Positions 38,129 through 47,912 of a stretch of DNA of 64,000 nucleotides are shown one piece after another. The position numbers and the translations under genes are program-made. The notes beneath the pieces were generated by a model that was not told the origin of the DNA, searched no databases, and worked only from the letters and a program-made list of their open reading frames with translations. Numbering within the stretch: position 1 is the first letter of the stretch; each line of letters opens with the position of its first letter. This DNA comes from Thermoproteota archaeon (GTDB lineage: Archaea; Korarchaeota; Korarchaeia; Korarchaeales; Korarchaeaceae): the NCBI GenBank assembly GCA_027491915.1, contig JAOZGC010000004.1:1-64000 (forward strand), given 5' to 3'.

Positions 38129-38424
38129 CGGCGATTCCCTTGAAGCCGATGGGAATAGTGCTGAAAGTCACTAGATCCCGAAACTTTCTGGTTAGATCAA
38201 CCGGTCCAATTCGGGGAGACCCGAAGGACCTGCTCGTCGTGGACCGAGATCTCAGGGTGGTTGGAGTCGTCAGAGACGTCATAGGCCCCGTCTCGAGGCC
38301 CTACATACTGGTCAAGGTACTCCTGCCTCTGGAAGAGGCCGGATCCCTGGTGGGGGAGAAACTGTATCTCCCGTCCAGGAGGGAGATCTCCGAGATCCGG
38401 GCTCGAGGGTCTCCCAAGATTTAA
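38125..38424 (+). CDS. gar1: H/ACA RNP subunit Gar1
   Basis: VVDRDLRVVGVVRDVIGPVSRPYILVK. Confidence 0.88.
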   Translation: MTAIPLKPMGIVLKVTRSRNFLVRSTGPIRGDPKDLLVVDRDLRVVGVVRDVIGPVSRPYILVKVLLPLEEAGSLVGEKLYLPSRREISEIRARGSPKI

Positions 38425-38463
38425 AGCATCTCGGTATCATTTTTTGATGAGGAGTCCCGGGAT

Positions 38464-38649
38464 ATGGTCGGCGACGGCCTTAGACCTCGCGCCGAACCGG
38501 CGGAGCGGGGGGAAGGGGAGGACCTCCGGTGGGCCATCTCTACCCTCCTGAGAATACCGTGTTACACCTGCCCAGAACTGGAAAAATGCGTCCCGGATAA
38601 GGCGGCCACCTGCGGGAAGCTGTCCGCCGTCATAGACGGGGACCCCTGA
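38464..38649 (+). CDS. Small Cys4 protein resembling the FeS domain of TFEbeta/RPC34
   Basis: IPCYTCPELEKCVPDKAATCGKLS (Cx2Cx5Cx7C); has its own TTTAAA box at 38420. Confidence 0.6.
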   Translation: MVGDGLRPRAEPAERGEGEDLRWAISTLLRIPCYTCPELEKCVPDKAATCGKLSAVIDGDP

Positions 38650-39814
38650 CAGCCCTGATCACCTCCTCAATCGGGGCATCCGTTTTCACACACTTCGGGC
38701 AGAAATGGGTTCTGGCGGCCTTATATCCGGAAGCCCTCAACTCCTCGACCACCCTGCCCGGGGAGGGGGAAGAGACCTTCAACCTCCCGCCGAGGAAATC
38801 TAGATCGTGGTAGAGGGGAGGGAGGTTCGCCTCTTCCCTCAGGCGGCTGACCAGCCAGCCAGCCTCCCCGCCGGATCCCCCGGGTAGCCTGTCGGCCACC
38901 CGACCAACGAAATCTTCGTCGACGGTGGGTCCTATCCACAGGGGGCCGCAGAGCGACATCTTCTCGCCGCAGAGCTGGCACCTCCCTATCTCCGGGGGGC
39001 CCACCCCTCCCCCCACGATCTTCCAGCTCCCACACTTTCGGCAGTACTCCACCCACCCCAGGGACTCCTCCAACATGTCGCTTGCCCTGCTGGCTCCGAG
39101 TCCCACCTCCAGGTAGGCCCTCACATAGTGGCCCGAGGCGTATGACAGGAGGGGGCGGAGCCACCTGCCCCCCCCGGCGGCCACCCTGGCCGCGGCCCCC
39201 AGGAGGGACCTGACCCCCAACTCCCTGAAGAAAGGGGGCTTACCGCGGCAGAACACCCCGTAAACCCGGGCCAGTTTCTTGGGATAGACGGCGAACAGAT
39301 TGGGGGTGTCCGTCGCCGTCAGCCCGACGACCCCCCTCGACCTCACCGAGCACAGGGCGGAGTCCACGTAGGGCATTGGGGTGCCATACGGGTCCACGTC
39401 CACGAAGTCGAGCCTCCGCCTGGCCGCGGCCAGGCCGTACATGAGGACCCTCGCGTCCCCCAGGGAGATGCGAACTCTTCCCTCCAAGCCGTTCAGCCTG
39501 ACGTTCCTCTGCATGACGTAGACTGCCAGGGGATTGGAGTCGTTGGCCAGGACCTCGTCCACGTCCGTCTCGGCGGCGAACCTCAGCGCCCTCACTCCCG
39601 AGGCCGCCATGACGTCCGCGACTCTCCCCCATCCCCTCTCCGAGACCCCCCACCTCACCGCGGCGACCGCTATGTCCCTGTTCTCCCTCATTGCAGGGTT
39701 GTAGAAGGCTGCCGACCTGCTCAGGGGGCCCTTGGACGACCCCTCCACCTCCCGGGCGTAGAAGCTCACCGCCCCCTCCTCGTACATCTTAAGGGATATG
39801 GAGAGCGCGCCCAT
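38630..39814 (-). CDS. trm1: tRNA (guanine-26-N2) dimethyltransferase Trm1
   Basis: FYNPAMRENRD, ASGVRALR, VDVDPYGTP, GPLWIGP, RTHF...VKTDAP. Confidence 0.95.
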   Translation of the reverse strand: MGALSISLKMYEEGAVSFYAREVEGSSKGPLSRSAAFYNPAMRENRDIAVAAVRWGVSERGWGRVADVMAASGVRALRFAAETDVDEVLANDSNPLAVYVMQRNVRLNGLEGRVRISLGDARVLMYGLAAARRRLDFVDVDPYGTPMPYVDSALCSVRSRGVVGLTATDTPNLFAVYPKKLARVYGVFCRGKPPFFRELGVRSLLGAAARVAAGGGRWLRPLLSYASGHYVRAYLEVGLGASRASDMLEESLGWVEYCRKCGSWKIVGGGVGPPEIGRCQLCGEKMSLCGPLWIGPTVDEDFVGRVADRLPGGSGGEAGWLVSRLREEANLPPLYHDLDFLGGRLKVSSPSPGRVVEELRASGYKAARTHFCPKCVKTDAPIEEVIRAVRGPRL

Positions 39815-39823
39815 GCCTCGGGG

Positions 39824-40384
39824 ATGAGATCTCGGGTGCCCGTTAAAAACTTCCTAATAAGGGGAAGGCCCGGATCGGGGAAATCGACGGCCATCTCGAT
39901 CATCGAGCTGGCTCTGCGGGAGCGAGGATACGAACCCTGCGGGATAAGGACCCCCGAGGTGAGGAGGGGGGGAAGGAGGATCGGGTTCCTCGTGGTCGAC
40001 CTGTCCACCGGCAGGAGTGAGGTGATGGCCTCCGTAGGGGTCGGCGGCCCCAGGGTCGGCAGGTACTCAGTCCGCCTCCGGGAGTTCGAGTCCGTCGCGA
40101 TCGAGGCCCTCGATGCGTGCTCCTCCCGAGACGTAGCCCTCATAGACGAGGTTGGAAAGATGGAACTCCTGAGCCCGCGTTTCACGTACTCGGTCTCCCG
40201 GCTGATCGACTCAAGAATCCCTGTGGTGGCGACCGCTCCCTCATACGACCTTCCTTTCCTCGAGGAGCTGGTCTCCAGGCCGGACGTCGCCGTCTTTGTG
40301 GTCCGACGGGGCGATTCCGAGAGGGTGGCCCGGTCCGTGCTCCTCAAGCTGCTCGATCTGCTCAAGACCTCTTCGCGGCGATGA
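39824..40384 (+). CDS. THEP1-type nucleoside triphosphatase
   Basis: GRPGSGKST, EVRRGGRRIGF, RVGRY, IDEVGKMEL. Confidence 0.9.
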   Translation: MRSRVPVKNFLIRGRPGSGKSTAISIIELALRERGYEPCGIRTPEVRRGGRRIGFLVVDLSTGRSEVMASVGVGGPRVGRYSVRLREFESVAIEALDACSSRDVALIDEVGKMELLSPRFTYSVSRLIDSRIPVVATAPSYDLPFLEELVSRPDVAVFVVRRGDSERVARSVLLKLLDLLKTSSRR

Positions 40385-41042
40385 TGGCGTGTTTCGGGTA
40401 GAACGGACCCAGATCGATAAGCTCCAGCGGCCTCAGCCCTCCCCTCCTCAGCTCTTCCCTTATCCCCTCGTAGACCTCCTTAGGGGGGAGTCGCACGTCG
40501 ACACTGCTGGCCTTGACCGCCAAGATGACGTGACCCCCGTCCTTGAGGTAGAACTCGGAGTTCTCGACGACGATCCTGCCCTGGTCCGGCTGGGCCACGT
40601 CGGCGTACAGGACGTCCACCTCCTCGACCAGGTGGGCGTAGGACTCTGGCCTGCGGGCCGATCCCAGTATGGGGACTATGTTCTTCCTGACCCGGGCGAC
40701 CCTGAGGAGGTCTCTCATTGGCCGGTGGGCGACCTCCACTCCGTATATCACCCCTTCCCACCCGACCATATCGCTGAAGTGGGAGGCGGTCGTCCCGGAT
40801 GCTATTCCCAGGTATAGGATCTTGGTGCCTCGGGACACCGGCAGGGTCCTGATCCCCCTCAGGATGGCCGCCGCCGGCTTGGATCTGTGGGGGGACCATA
40901 TCCTGTATTCTCTGCCCGAAACCCTCCTGACGACCTCGTCATAGCTCCTGAACCCGGGAACCAGGTTTAAGGTCGCCAGCTGAGATCGGCCGTCCCTAAT
41001 TACGTAGACCCGGTCGAATCTCGGGTGGCGCCTAACCCTCAT
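40362..41042 (-). CDS. flpA: Fibrillarin rRNA/tRNA 2'-O-methyltransferase
   Basis: EYRIWSPHRSK, LYLGIASGTTASH, YADVAQPDQ. Confidence 0.96.
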   Translation of the reverse strand: MRVRRHPRFDRVYVIRDGRSQLATLNLVPGFRSYDEVVRRVSGREYRIWSPHRSKPAAAILRGIRTLPVSRGTKILYLGIASGTTASHFSDMVGWEGVIYGVEVAHRPMRDLLRVARVRKNIVPILGSARRPESYAHLVEEVDVLYADVAQPDQGRIVVENSEFYLKDGGHVILAVKASSVDVRLPPKEVYEGIREELRRGGLRPLELIDLGPFYPKHAIIAAKRS

Positions 41043-42177
41043 GGGGAGACCTCCCCCCGCCGCCTTCCCTCCTTATCTTGGCCAGCTTCTCGTCCACCTC
41101 TCTCCGCAGCCTGTCACCCTCGTACCTGCCCCCGCCGAAGAAATCTATCCTCGCGGCTATGGCTGCCTTAGAGGCCAGGAGTCGGGCGATCTTTCCCCTC
41201 AGCTTCTTCGGCGCCGTCCTCACCTCCTTGGCCTGGAAGAGGACCCCGTGCTTTGGCGGCCTGGTCCCCCTGGTTAGATGCAGGAAGACGGCCCTCTGGG
41301 CCCCGAGTATTTGTATTGTGCTGGCCGGCATGGCGGCCAGCTTCTCGAGACCGCCAGCGGTGGCTATCAGCCTGGCGGCCACGAGGGGACCAAGGACAGC
41401 CGTCAGGTTCGGAGCCACCTTGGGGAGGAGCCTCCTCAAGTAGTCCTCCACCTTCTCCCTGCTCTCGTATAGGTCGAGCCACCTTCTGGTAACCTCCCTC
41501 ACTATCCCCAGATCTTCCTCGCCCAGATCAGCCCCCATAGATCGGCAGGCGGCCGACCTTATCTTATCGGCGACCTCTCGGGGAACCAGGTTTCTGATCC
41601 TACCCCCCTCACAGATCTCTCTCCTATCTCCCAATTCGACAATCAGTTTAGCGTACAGGCCGTGGTCCTCCACCGTGGAATCCATCTCTGGGAAGTGTAT
41701 CGAGTACCACTCCCTTATCGCCGGTATGAGCAGGTTGAGGGATCTGTTCAGGTGATCTAGGTAGTCGACCGCCCTCGCGACGAGGAGGTCCATCCTGCCG
41801 AGCTCCTCCCTCACCCCGAGGGAGGCGAGAGCCGCGGCCGTCGACGAGACCCTGCCCAGGTAGTCTCCGACCCCGAGGCTGGCGGCCAGCTCCCTGTACC
41901 TCGCCCTGATCTCCCTACAAGATGCCGGATCTATCCTAACCGGCATGCCGGCCAGCTCCGAGATCGGGGATCTCGGCTGAAAGCACAGCGTGATTCGACC
42001 GCCCTCCTCCCTCAACTCCTCGACGAGCTCCACCAGCTCTCGTGGCAGCTCTCCCCTTAACACGGAGGACACGAAGTCGGCGGCCTCGGACGGATCCTCC
42101 GGGGCCGGCCTCCCCCACATCACCTCGCCGTCCCTGAGGAGGGCGAGCCCCGCCGGGTGCAGGACCAATCTCAGCAT
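41032..42177 (-). CDS. nop5: C/D box RNP protein Nop5/Nop56-58
   Basis: REWYSIHFPE, APNLTAVLG, MPASTIQILGA, PPKHGVLF. Confidence 0.95.
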   Translation of the reverse strand: MLRLVLHPAGLALLRDGEVMWGRPAPEDPSEAADFVSSVLRGELPRELVELVEELREEGGRITLCFQPRSPISELAGMPVRIDPASCREIRARYRELAASLGVGDYLGRVSSTAAALASLGVREELGRMDLLVARAVDYLDHLNRSLNLLIPAIREWYSIHFPEMDSTVEDHGLYAKLIVELGDRREICEGGRIRNLVPREVADKIRSAACRSMGADLGEEDLGIVREVTRRWLDLYESREKVEDYLRRLLPKVAPNLTAVLGPLVAARLIATAGGLEKLAAMPASTIQILGAQRAVFLHLTRGTRPPKHGVLFQAKEVRTAPKKLRGKIARLLASKAAIAARIDFFGGGRYEGDRLRREVDEKLAKIRREGGGGRSPHEG

Positions 42178-42249
42178 TGGGTCAGCCCCTGCCCGCCCTG
42201 CCCGGCGCCGCCTCCCTTAAAACGTCCCCGGCGGGACCAGGGTCTGAAC

Positions 42250-42417
42250 TCAGAGCGGGTTCTGCCCCGGCCTCCTTCCGAGCAGAAACCTCTTCTTGTA
42301 GTTCTTCCTCAACCGAACCCTCGGGATTGGGGATCTCCTCTCCCTCCTCTCGACCTTCGGCGTAAGCGACCTGACCTTCCCGGCCTTGTTTAGCGCGCCG
42401 TGCGTTCCCCTGGGCAT
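42250..42417 (-). CDS. rps30e: 30S ribosomal protein S30e (not in ORF track)
   Basis: Hand translation: MPRGTHGALNKAGKVRSLTPKVERRERRSPIPRVRLRKNYKKRFLLGRRPGQNPL. Confidence 0.93.
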   Translation of the reverse strand: MPRGTHGALNKAGKVRSLTPKVERRERRSPIPRVRLRKNYKKRFLLGRRPGQNPL

Positions 42418-42421
42418 AACC

Positions 42422-44458
42422 TCACCCGTCCCCAGAACGGGGGGACGCGGTGGTATTTAAGCGATCATCTCCGCCGGACAGCCCAGACCTGTACTCTTCC
42501 AATATCCGGAGGACCGATCCCGTCTCCCCGCCGGGCCCCTTCCCTGCGCCGGCCTCGCGCCTCGCCCTGGCGATCTCGGCCGCGACCTCCTCCCTGACTA
42601 AGGGGGTGATCCCCCTCCAGGCTATCCTGACGTCAAAGCCATCCACTATCGGGATCCCCGCCCCCTCCAAGAAGGTCATCACGTCGCTACTGGGATACGG
42701 GCCGCGGATTATCAGCCCGGATATTCCCAGCGACGCCAGCATCTTGGCCGACCTCATCCCGGCGACGGAGGCGTCGAAGGTAAGCAGGACATCCCCCTTG
42801 ACCACCTCCCCCCTCGATATGGCCTCCTCCAACACGTCCCTGGCCAGCGACTCCACGAACTTCACCCCAATCCACCCATCGCCCACGTCTCCCTGGGAGG
42901 CAATAGATCTCATCTCTGATCTGAGGAGCTCGTTGCGCCACATCTCCCTTCTGAGCCTCTCTTCCAGTTCCCTGATCCTCCCCTCCAAAGCAGATATCAG
43001 CCTCTCCCTCCTGACCTCGATGCTCATCTCCCTCTTGAGATCCTCGAGCGCCCGCCTGAGTTCCTCCACCTCCCTCTCCTTCTCCCTCACCAGGTCCCTG
43101 AGGTATGAGATCTCCTCCTCCAGGATCTTGATCCTCTCCGAGATACGGCGGGTTCTCCCCCTCGATTCCCTCTTCCTGGCCGCTATCTCTGCCTCCCGCG
43201 GGACCACCATCACCCCACCGCCGGAGGAGGCCAGCCTGGCCGCCTCCGATATGGAATACCCCCTCATCAGGAGCTCGTACATCCTGACCTTGCTCACCCG
43301 GAGTTTCCTCTCCCTCACGTAGGCGTCCGCCTTCTTGAACAGATTCTTGTACCTCATCATGATCCTGATCAGGGGGGCCAGGGCGTCCCTCTCGTGGGAG
43401 CTTCCCACTCTTATTCCCTCCCTCTCTGAGAACTCCCTCACCAGCCTGTTCTTCTCGTCCACCCTCATGGTCTCCCTCACCGTCAGCAGCCTGGCCCCGA
43501 CCATCTGGGCAACCTTCTGAACGCTCTTCGGAGTTGGAAAGGTGTCGGTCGTTATTATCACCGGATACCCGTGTTCCACTATGGCCTCTATTATCTCAGA
43601 CCTGGAGGCCCTCCTTATCGTCTGCAGGCTCAGGATCCTGCCCTCGAGATCCATCACGGCGAGCCCCACGGACATGCCGGGGTCTATGCCGACGGCCACC
43701 GGGCGCCTCTCCCACCCGCGTCTGCCCGGGGAGACCTCCAGGGTCCTCTTCCAGGAGTCCCTCAGGGTGACCCTTATGGGCCCCCACTCGTGCTCCCTCA
43801 CCATCTGCCTGACGACGGACTTTGGGGCGTAGACGACGAACTCAGCCCTCTTCAGCCCACCCGCCCCCTTCTCGACGTAGAGGTCGTAGTCTATGCCCGC
43901 CCTGTCCAGGGCCGCCGCTAGATCGTTGGCCTCGCTCAGTATTCCGGACTCTATGGATCTCCTCCACCTCTCGGTGCCGGAGCCCCCCTGCCTCACGCTC
44001 CTGTTCTTCGTTATCAGGACCCTGCACTCCGACCTCCGACCTGCCACCTCTGCGCCGTATCCCCTGGCGGCCAGCTCGGCTATCACCTCGGCGGACCTCT
44101 TGGGGTCCATCTTTCCCCCGTCCCAAAGCCCCTCCCTCCTGGCTATCCTCTCGAGCCCCTCTCCGCCGCCGAAGGGTCCGGTAACCTGCACCACCCTGAC
44201 GTCGTCTGGGAGCTCTCTCAGGAAGGCCGCAAGCTCGCCCGAGCTACCTACTATCTCGTATATGTTGTCCACCGCGAGTAGAGATGGCCTCACCCTCTTT
44301 ATCGTGGCCAAGAGGCCTGACCTGTTCGTCTCCAAGTACCTCTTTTCTCCCCCCGACAGGAGGACCACGGAGTAGGTGGCCCTCCCTCCCCTGGGGGAGC
44401 CAGCCTTTATGTCCACCGCTATTATCGGGCCGGACCCCCTCCACGGGCGGTGGTCCAT
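42422..44458 (-). CDS. DUF460/COG2433 protein (RNase H-like domain plus coiled coil)
   Basis: IIAVDI, LAVDNIYE, VGIDPGMSVGLA, HERDALA, long coiled coil. Confidence 0.85.
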   Translation of the reverse strand: MDHRPWRGSGPIIAVDIKAGSPRGGRATYSVVLLSGGEKRYLETNRSGLLATIKRVRPSLLAVDNIYEIVGSSGELAAFLRELPDDVRVVQVTGPFGGGEGLERIARREGLWDGGKMDPKRSAEVIAELAARGYGAEVAGRRSECRVLITKNRSVRQGGSGTERWRRSIESGILSEANDLAAALDRAGIDYDLYVEKGAGGLKRAEFVVYAPKSVVRQMVREHEWGPIRVTLRDSWKRTLEVSPGRRGWERRPVAVGIDPGMSVGLAVMDLEGRILSLQTIRRASRSEIIEAIVEHGYPVIITTDTFPTPKSVQKVAQMVGARLLTVRETMRVDEKNRLVREFSEREGIRVGSSHERDALAPLIRIMMRYKNLFKKADAYVRERKLRVSKVRMYELLMRGYSISEAARLASSGGGVMVVPREAEIAARKRESRGRTRRISERIKILEEEISYLRDLVREKEREVEELRRALEDLKREMSIEVRRERLISALEGRIRELEERLRREMWRNELLRSEMRSIASQGDVGDGWIGVKFVESLARDVLEEAISRGEVVKGDVLLTFDASVAGMRSAKMLASLGISGLIIRGPYPSSDVMTFLEGAGIPIVDGFDVRIAWRGITPLVREEVAAEIARARREAGAGKGPGGETGSVLRILEEYRSGLSGGDDRLNTTASPRSGDG

Positions 44459-44514
44459 GCTCCCCTAGCCGACGGGCGAGGGATGTTTAAACGTTCGGGC
44501 CCCGGAATGCCGGG

Positions 44515-45855
44515 ATGTCCGGGATCTCAGCCCGCGCCGCGCTGCTGATCGCGCTGATCCCCCTGTCGGTTCTCACCGTCTCGTGCGAGGAATACGGTGC
44601 GAGGCTCAGCGTGCGCGCGGGCGATCCCGTGTGCTTCTCAGGCCTAAGCTGCGCCTTCACCGTCGAGTTCACCGACGAGAGCCCCGTCCCGGCGGACCTC
44701 AGCAGGATCACCCTGATCCTACCCTGGGGCGGCGAGTCCGTCCTGAGGGATCCTCCCCTAAGGGTCGAGCCGGGCCAGACCGCCAAGATCAACTTGACCT
44801 TCCTGATCCCCCCCAACGTCTCCCAGGGCTTCTACCCAGTCCAGGCTCAGGCGTCATACTCCCTGGCTGGCAGGAGCCTCTCCGTCAATTCTCCCAGATC
44901 GGTGTTCTTGGTCAGGGTCCCGACCGTGGAGCTGTCCCTGGACCTGGATCCCCCGGACGTGGTGGCGCCCGGCGCCGAGCTTCCCGTGGTAGTCCTGTAC
45001 TCTGTAGAATCCCCCTCGACCAGCGACTCCCCCCGCCTCACGGCGCTGCTCAACGGCTCCGCGGTCGAGGACGTGGACCTGCCCAACCTCACTGGAACCC
45101 ACGCCTTCGTGCTGAGGACTCCCGCCCGGGGGAGGAGGTTGATACTGAGCGTGAGGCTGTCGATCGGAGGGTACGGGGAGGAGAAGGTCTTCGCCATAAG
45201 GCTGGGCGCGGGTTTCGATTCGGCCAGGGCCTCATCGCTGATCTCGGCCGCTAGGTCTCTCTTCAAGCAGGCCTCCTCTCTCTACACGGGGGCGGGGGAG
45301 AGGGGGGTCGCCCTGCCGCCGGAGGTTGCAAACGAGGTGACCGTGGCGTCCGTGTGGCTGAGGGAGGCAGAGAGGGCCTTCAACGAGAGCAACGCCTCGG
45401 CCATAAACCTGAGCATAAGGTCCATGAACGCCTCGAGCGCCGCGATATCCAGGGTGCTATCCTCCCTCAGGGAGGACATCCTCCGCGCCGCATCCGAGGT
45501 AAACGGCACCCTCAAAAGGGTCTTAGAGCTCGGGGCCGACAGGTCAGACGTTTTGGAGGTGAGGGCTCTCTTGAGATCCGCCACCTCGATGGCGGACGTG
45601 TTGATTGAGGATCCCAACAAGGCCTTGGAGAGATACGACTCTGCCAGGAGCTTGATAGAGTCCGCCGAGGACTCAGCAAGCGAACTCCTGAGGGGGTTGG
45701 AGGAGGCCGCCGCGCTCTCCGCCATCCTCTCCTGGGCGGCCGCCGCGCTGTCCATGCTCTTGGTGCCCTACGGTGGGATAAGGATATATCGGCGGATCTC
45801 GCCGGGGGGGCCAGAGAATGTGCGGGATAATAGGGGTGACCCTGGCCGCGGGTGA
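44515..45855 (+). CDS. Secreted, C-terminally anchored surface glycoprotein (hypothetical)
   Basis: Signal peptide, two Ig-like beta regions, helical bundle, C-terminal TM; many N-x-S/T sequons. Confidence 0.7.
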   Translation: MSGISARAALLIALIPLSVLTVSCEEYGARLSVRAGDPVCFSGLSCAFTVEFTDESPVPADLSRITLILPWGGESVLRDPPLRVEPGQTAKINLTFLIPPNVSQGFYPVQAQASYSLAGRSLSVNSPRSVFLVRVPTVELSLDLDPPDVVAPGAELPVVVLYSVESPSTSDSPRLTALLNGSAVEDVDLPNLTGTHAFVLRTPARGRRLILSVRLSIGGYGEEKVFAIRLGAGFDSARASSLISAARSLFKQASSLYTGAGERGVALPPEVANEVTVASVWLREAERAFNESNASAINLSIRSMNASSAAISRVLSSLREDILRAASEVNGTLKRVLELGADRSDVLEVRALLRSATSMADVLIEDPNKALERYDSARSLIESAEDSASELLRGLEEAAALSAILSWAAAALSMLLVPYGGIRIYRRISPGGPENVRDNRGDPGRG

Positions 45856-47650
45856 CGCGATACGCCTCCTACTCGGAGGCCTGAAGAGGTTGGAATACAG
45901 GGGATACGACTCGGCGGGCATAGCCGTGGTGGGGAAATCCGGGCTCAGCGTGATCAAGGAGGTGGGCCCCGTCTCGGACCTGATAAGGAAGGTCTCCTCC
46001 TCACCGATCTCCGGGAGGACCGGGGTTGGCCACACAAGGTGGGCCACCCACGGCGGCGTCTCCGTCACCAACGCCCACCCCCACGTGGACTGCTCCGGTA
46101 ACCTGGCTGTCGTCCACAACGGGATAATAGAGAACTACTCCGAGCTCAGGGAGGTCCTGATCTCCAGGGGGCACACCTTCAGATCGGAGACCGACACCGA
46201 GGTGGTCGCCCACATGATCGAGGAGGAGCTCTCTGCCGGAAATCCCCCGCCGGAGGCCGTGGCTAAGGTGGCCTCCCAGCTCCTCGGGACGTTCGCGCTC
46301 GCCGTGGTGATGGCCGGATCGGACTCCATTCTCCTGGCCCGCCGCGGCAGCCCCCTGGTCATAGGGGTGGGGGATGGGGAGATGTACTGCGCGTCGGACA
46401 TAGCAGCCTTCATCGACAGGACCAGGAGGATAATCACCATGGGAGACGATGAGGTCGCCGAGATAAGTCCCGGGGGGGTGAGGATGTGGGACGTCTCGGG
46501 CGGCGAGATGAGGGAGGTGTCCAGGAGCCCCCAGGTCGTTGAGTGGGCCGCGACCGAGGTGTCGAAGGGTTCCCTCCCACACTTCATGCTGAAGGAGATA
46601 TACGAGCAGCCCGAGTCGGTCGGTAGGGCCGTAGATCAGGCCCTCACGTACTCGGATAGGGCCGTAGATGAGATACTGAGGGCGGTCGAGGGTGGCCGCA
46701 GGATATACTTCGCCGCCGCCGGGACCTCTTATCACTCCTCCCTGGTGGGGAAGTTCCTCTTCTCCTCCCTGGCCCGGGTTCCCTCAGAGTCGGTCATAGC
46801 CTCGGAATTCAAAGAGTGGGCCCTGCCCTCCCTGTCGGAGGGGGACGTCGTCTTCGCCATAAGCCAGTCTGGCGAGACGGCCGACGTGTTGACCGCGGTG
46901 AGGGCCGCGAAGAGGTCCGGGGCGAGGGTCATCTCGCTGGTGAACGTCCCCGCCTCGACCCTGACCAGGGAGTCGCACGAGGTCCTGTACACGGCCGCCG
47001 GGCCGGAGGTTGGGGTGGCCGCGACCAAGACCTACACGGCCCAGGTTGCCGTCCTCTCGGTTCTGGCCTCCAAGCTGGCGGTGAGCCTGGGCAGAGAGGT
47101 CGGCAGGGCGAGATCCCTCCTGAGGGCCGTGAGGGAGGTACCCGATGTGATCAGGAGGCAGATCGGCTCGTGGGACGAGGAGGCCTCCGCGGCGAGCGGG
47201 AAGTTGAAGGGTGCGAGGAGCGTCTACTTCCTGGGGAGGGGGATCAACGTGGCGACCTCGCTGGAGGGGGCCCTCAAGCTCAAGGAGATAAGCTACATAC
47301 ACGCCGAGGGGTTCCCCGGCGGCGAGTACAAGCACGGCCCCCTGGCGCTGATATCCGAGGGCGTGCCCGCCGTGGCCGTGATCCCCGTCGACGAGGGGCT
47401 CAGGAGGCTCATGGTCAGCAACGTGATGGAGGTCAAGGCCAGGGGCGCCCTGGTGATATCCGTCGGTCCGGGGGGCGCGGGGGATCCCTCCGACCTGCGC
47501 ATCCGGGTCGACCTGGGCGGACTCCCGGAGGAGGCGACCCCCATCGTGTACGCCGTCCCGCTCCAGCTCCTCGCATACAGGACGGCCGTCCTCCTCGGGA
47601 GGAACCCAGACAGGCCGAGGAACCTGGCCAAGAGCGTCACCGTGATATGA
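45818..47650 (+). CDS. glmS: Glutamine--fructose-6-phosphate aminotransferase
   Basis: MCGIIG, LEYRGYDSAG, GHTRWATHG, SQSGETAD, PRNLAKSVTV. Confidence 0.97.
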   Translation: MCGIIGVTLAAGDAIRLLLGGLKRLEYRGYDSAGIAVVGKSGLSVIKEVGPVSDLIRKVSSSPISGRTGVGHTRWATHGGVSVTNAHPHVDCSGNLAVVHNGIIENYSELREVLISRGHTFRSETDTEVVAHMIEEELSAGNPPPEAVAKVASQLLGTFALAVVMAGSDSILLARRGSPLVIGVGDGEMYCASDIAAFIDRTRRIITMGDDEVAEISPGGVRMWDVSGGEMREVSRSPQVVEWAATEVSKGSLPHFMLKEIYEQPESVGRAVDQALTYSDRAVDEILRAVEGGRRIYFAAAGTSYHSSLVGKFLFSSLARVPSESVIASEFKEWALPSLSEGDVVFAISQSGETADVLTAVRAAKRSGARVISLVNVPASTLTRESHEVLYTAAGPEVGVAATKTYTAQVAVLSVLASKLAVSLGREVGRARSLLRAVREVPDVIRRQIGSWDEEASAASGKLKGARSVYFLGRGINVATSLEGALKLKEISYIHAEGFPGGEYKHGPLALISEGVPAVAVIPVDEGLRRLMVSNVMEVKARGALVISVGPGGAGDPSDLRIRVDLGGLPEEATPIVYAVPLQLLAYRTAVLLGRNPDRPRNLAKSVTVI

Positions 47651-47666
47651 CTCCCATTCGCGTACC

Positions 47667-47912
47667 TCACTCCTCCAGGGTTATGAACAGCACGTTGTTC
47701 CCCCTTATGAAGAGGGTGCCGACGCTCCTCACGATCTCCTTGGTCCTGAGATCCCTCTCTTTGGCATCCTCCAGGACTATGTTCATCATGTCGTCGAAGC
47801 TGGTGAGCCTGCCCACCAGCTCGATCCCGTTCTTCAGCCGAACCACCACCTCCCCGCCGTGGGATCTCCTCAGGTAAGACAGGGGACCCTGACCTCCTCC
47901 CTGCAAAACCAT
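47667..47912 (-). CDS. Sm-like (Lsm) protein
   Basis: VVVRLKNG...GRLTSFDDMMNIVLED...LFIRGNNV. Confidence 0.92.
   Translation of the reverse strand: MVLQGGGQGPLSYLRRSHGGEVVVRLKNGIELVGRLTSFDDMMNIVLEDAKERDLRTKEIVRSVGTLFIRGNNVLFITLEE

Noticed and set aside
38440-38500. C/D box sRNA starting at TGATGA 38445
   Set aside because: There is no CTGA box D at a suitable distance, and the region is better explained as the leader of the small Cys4 ORF.
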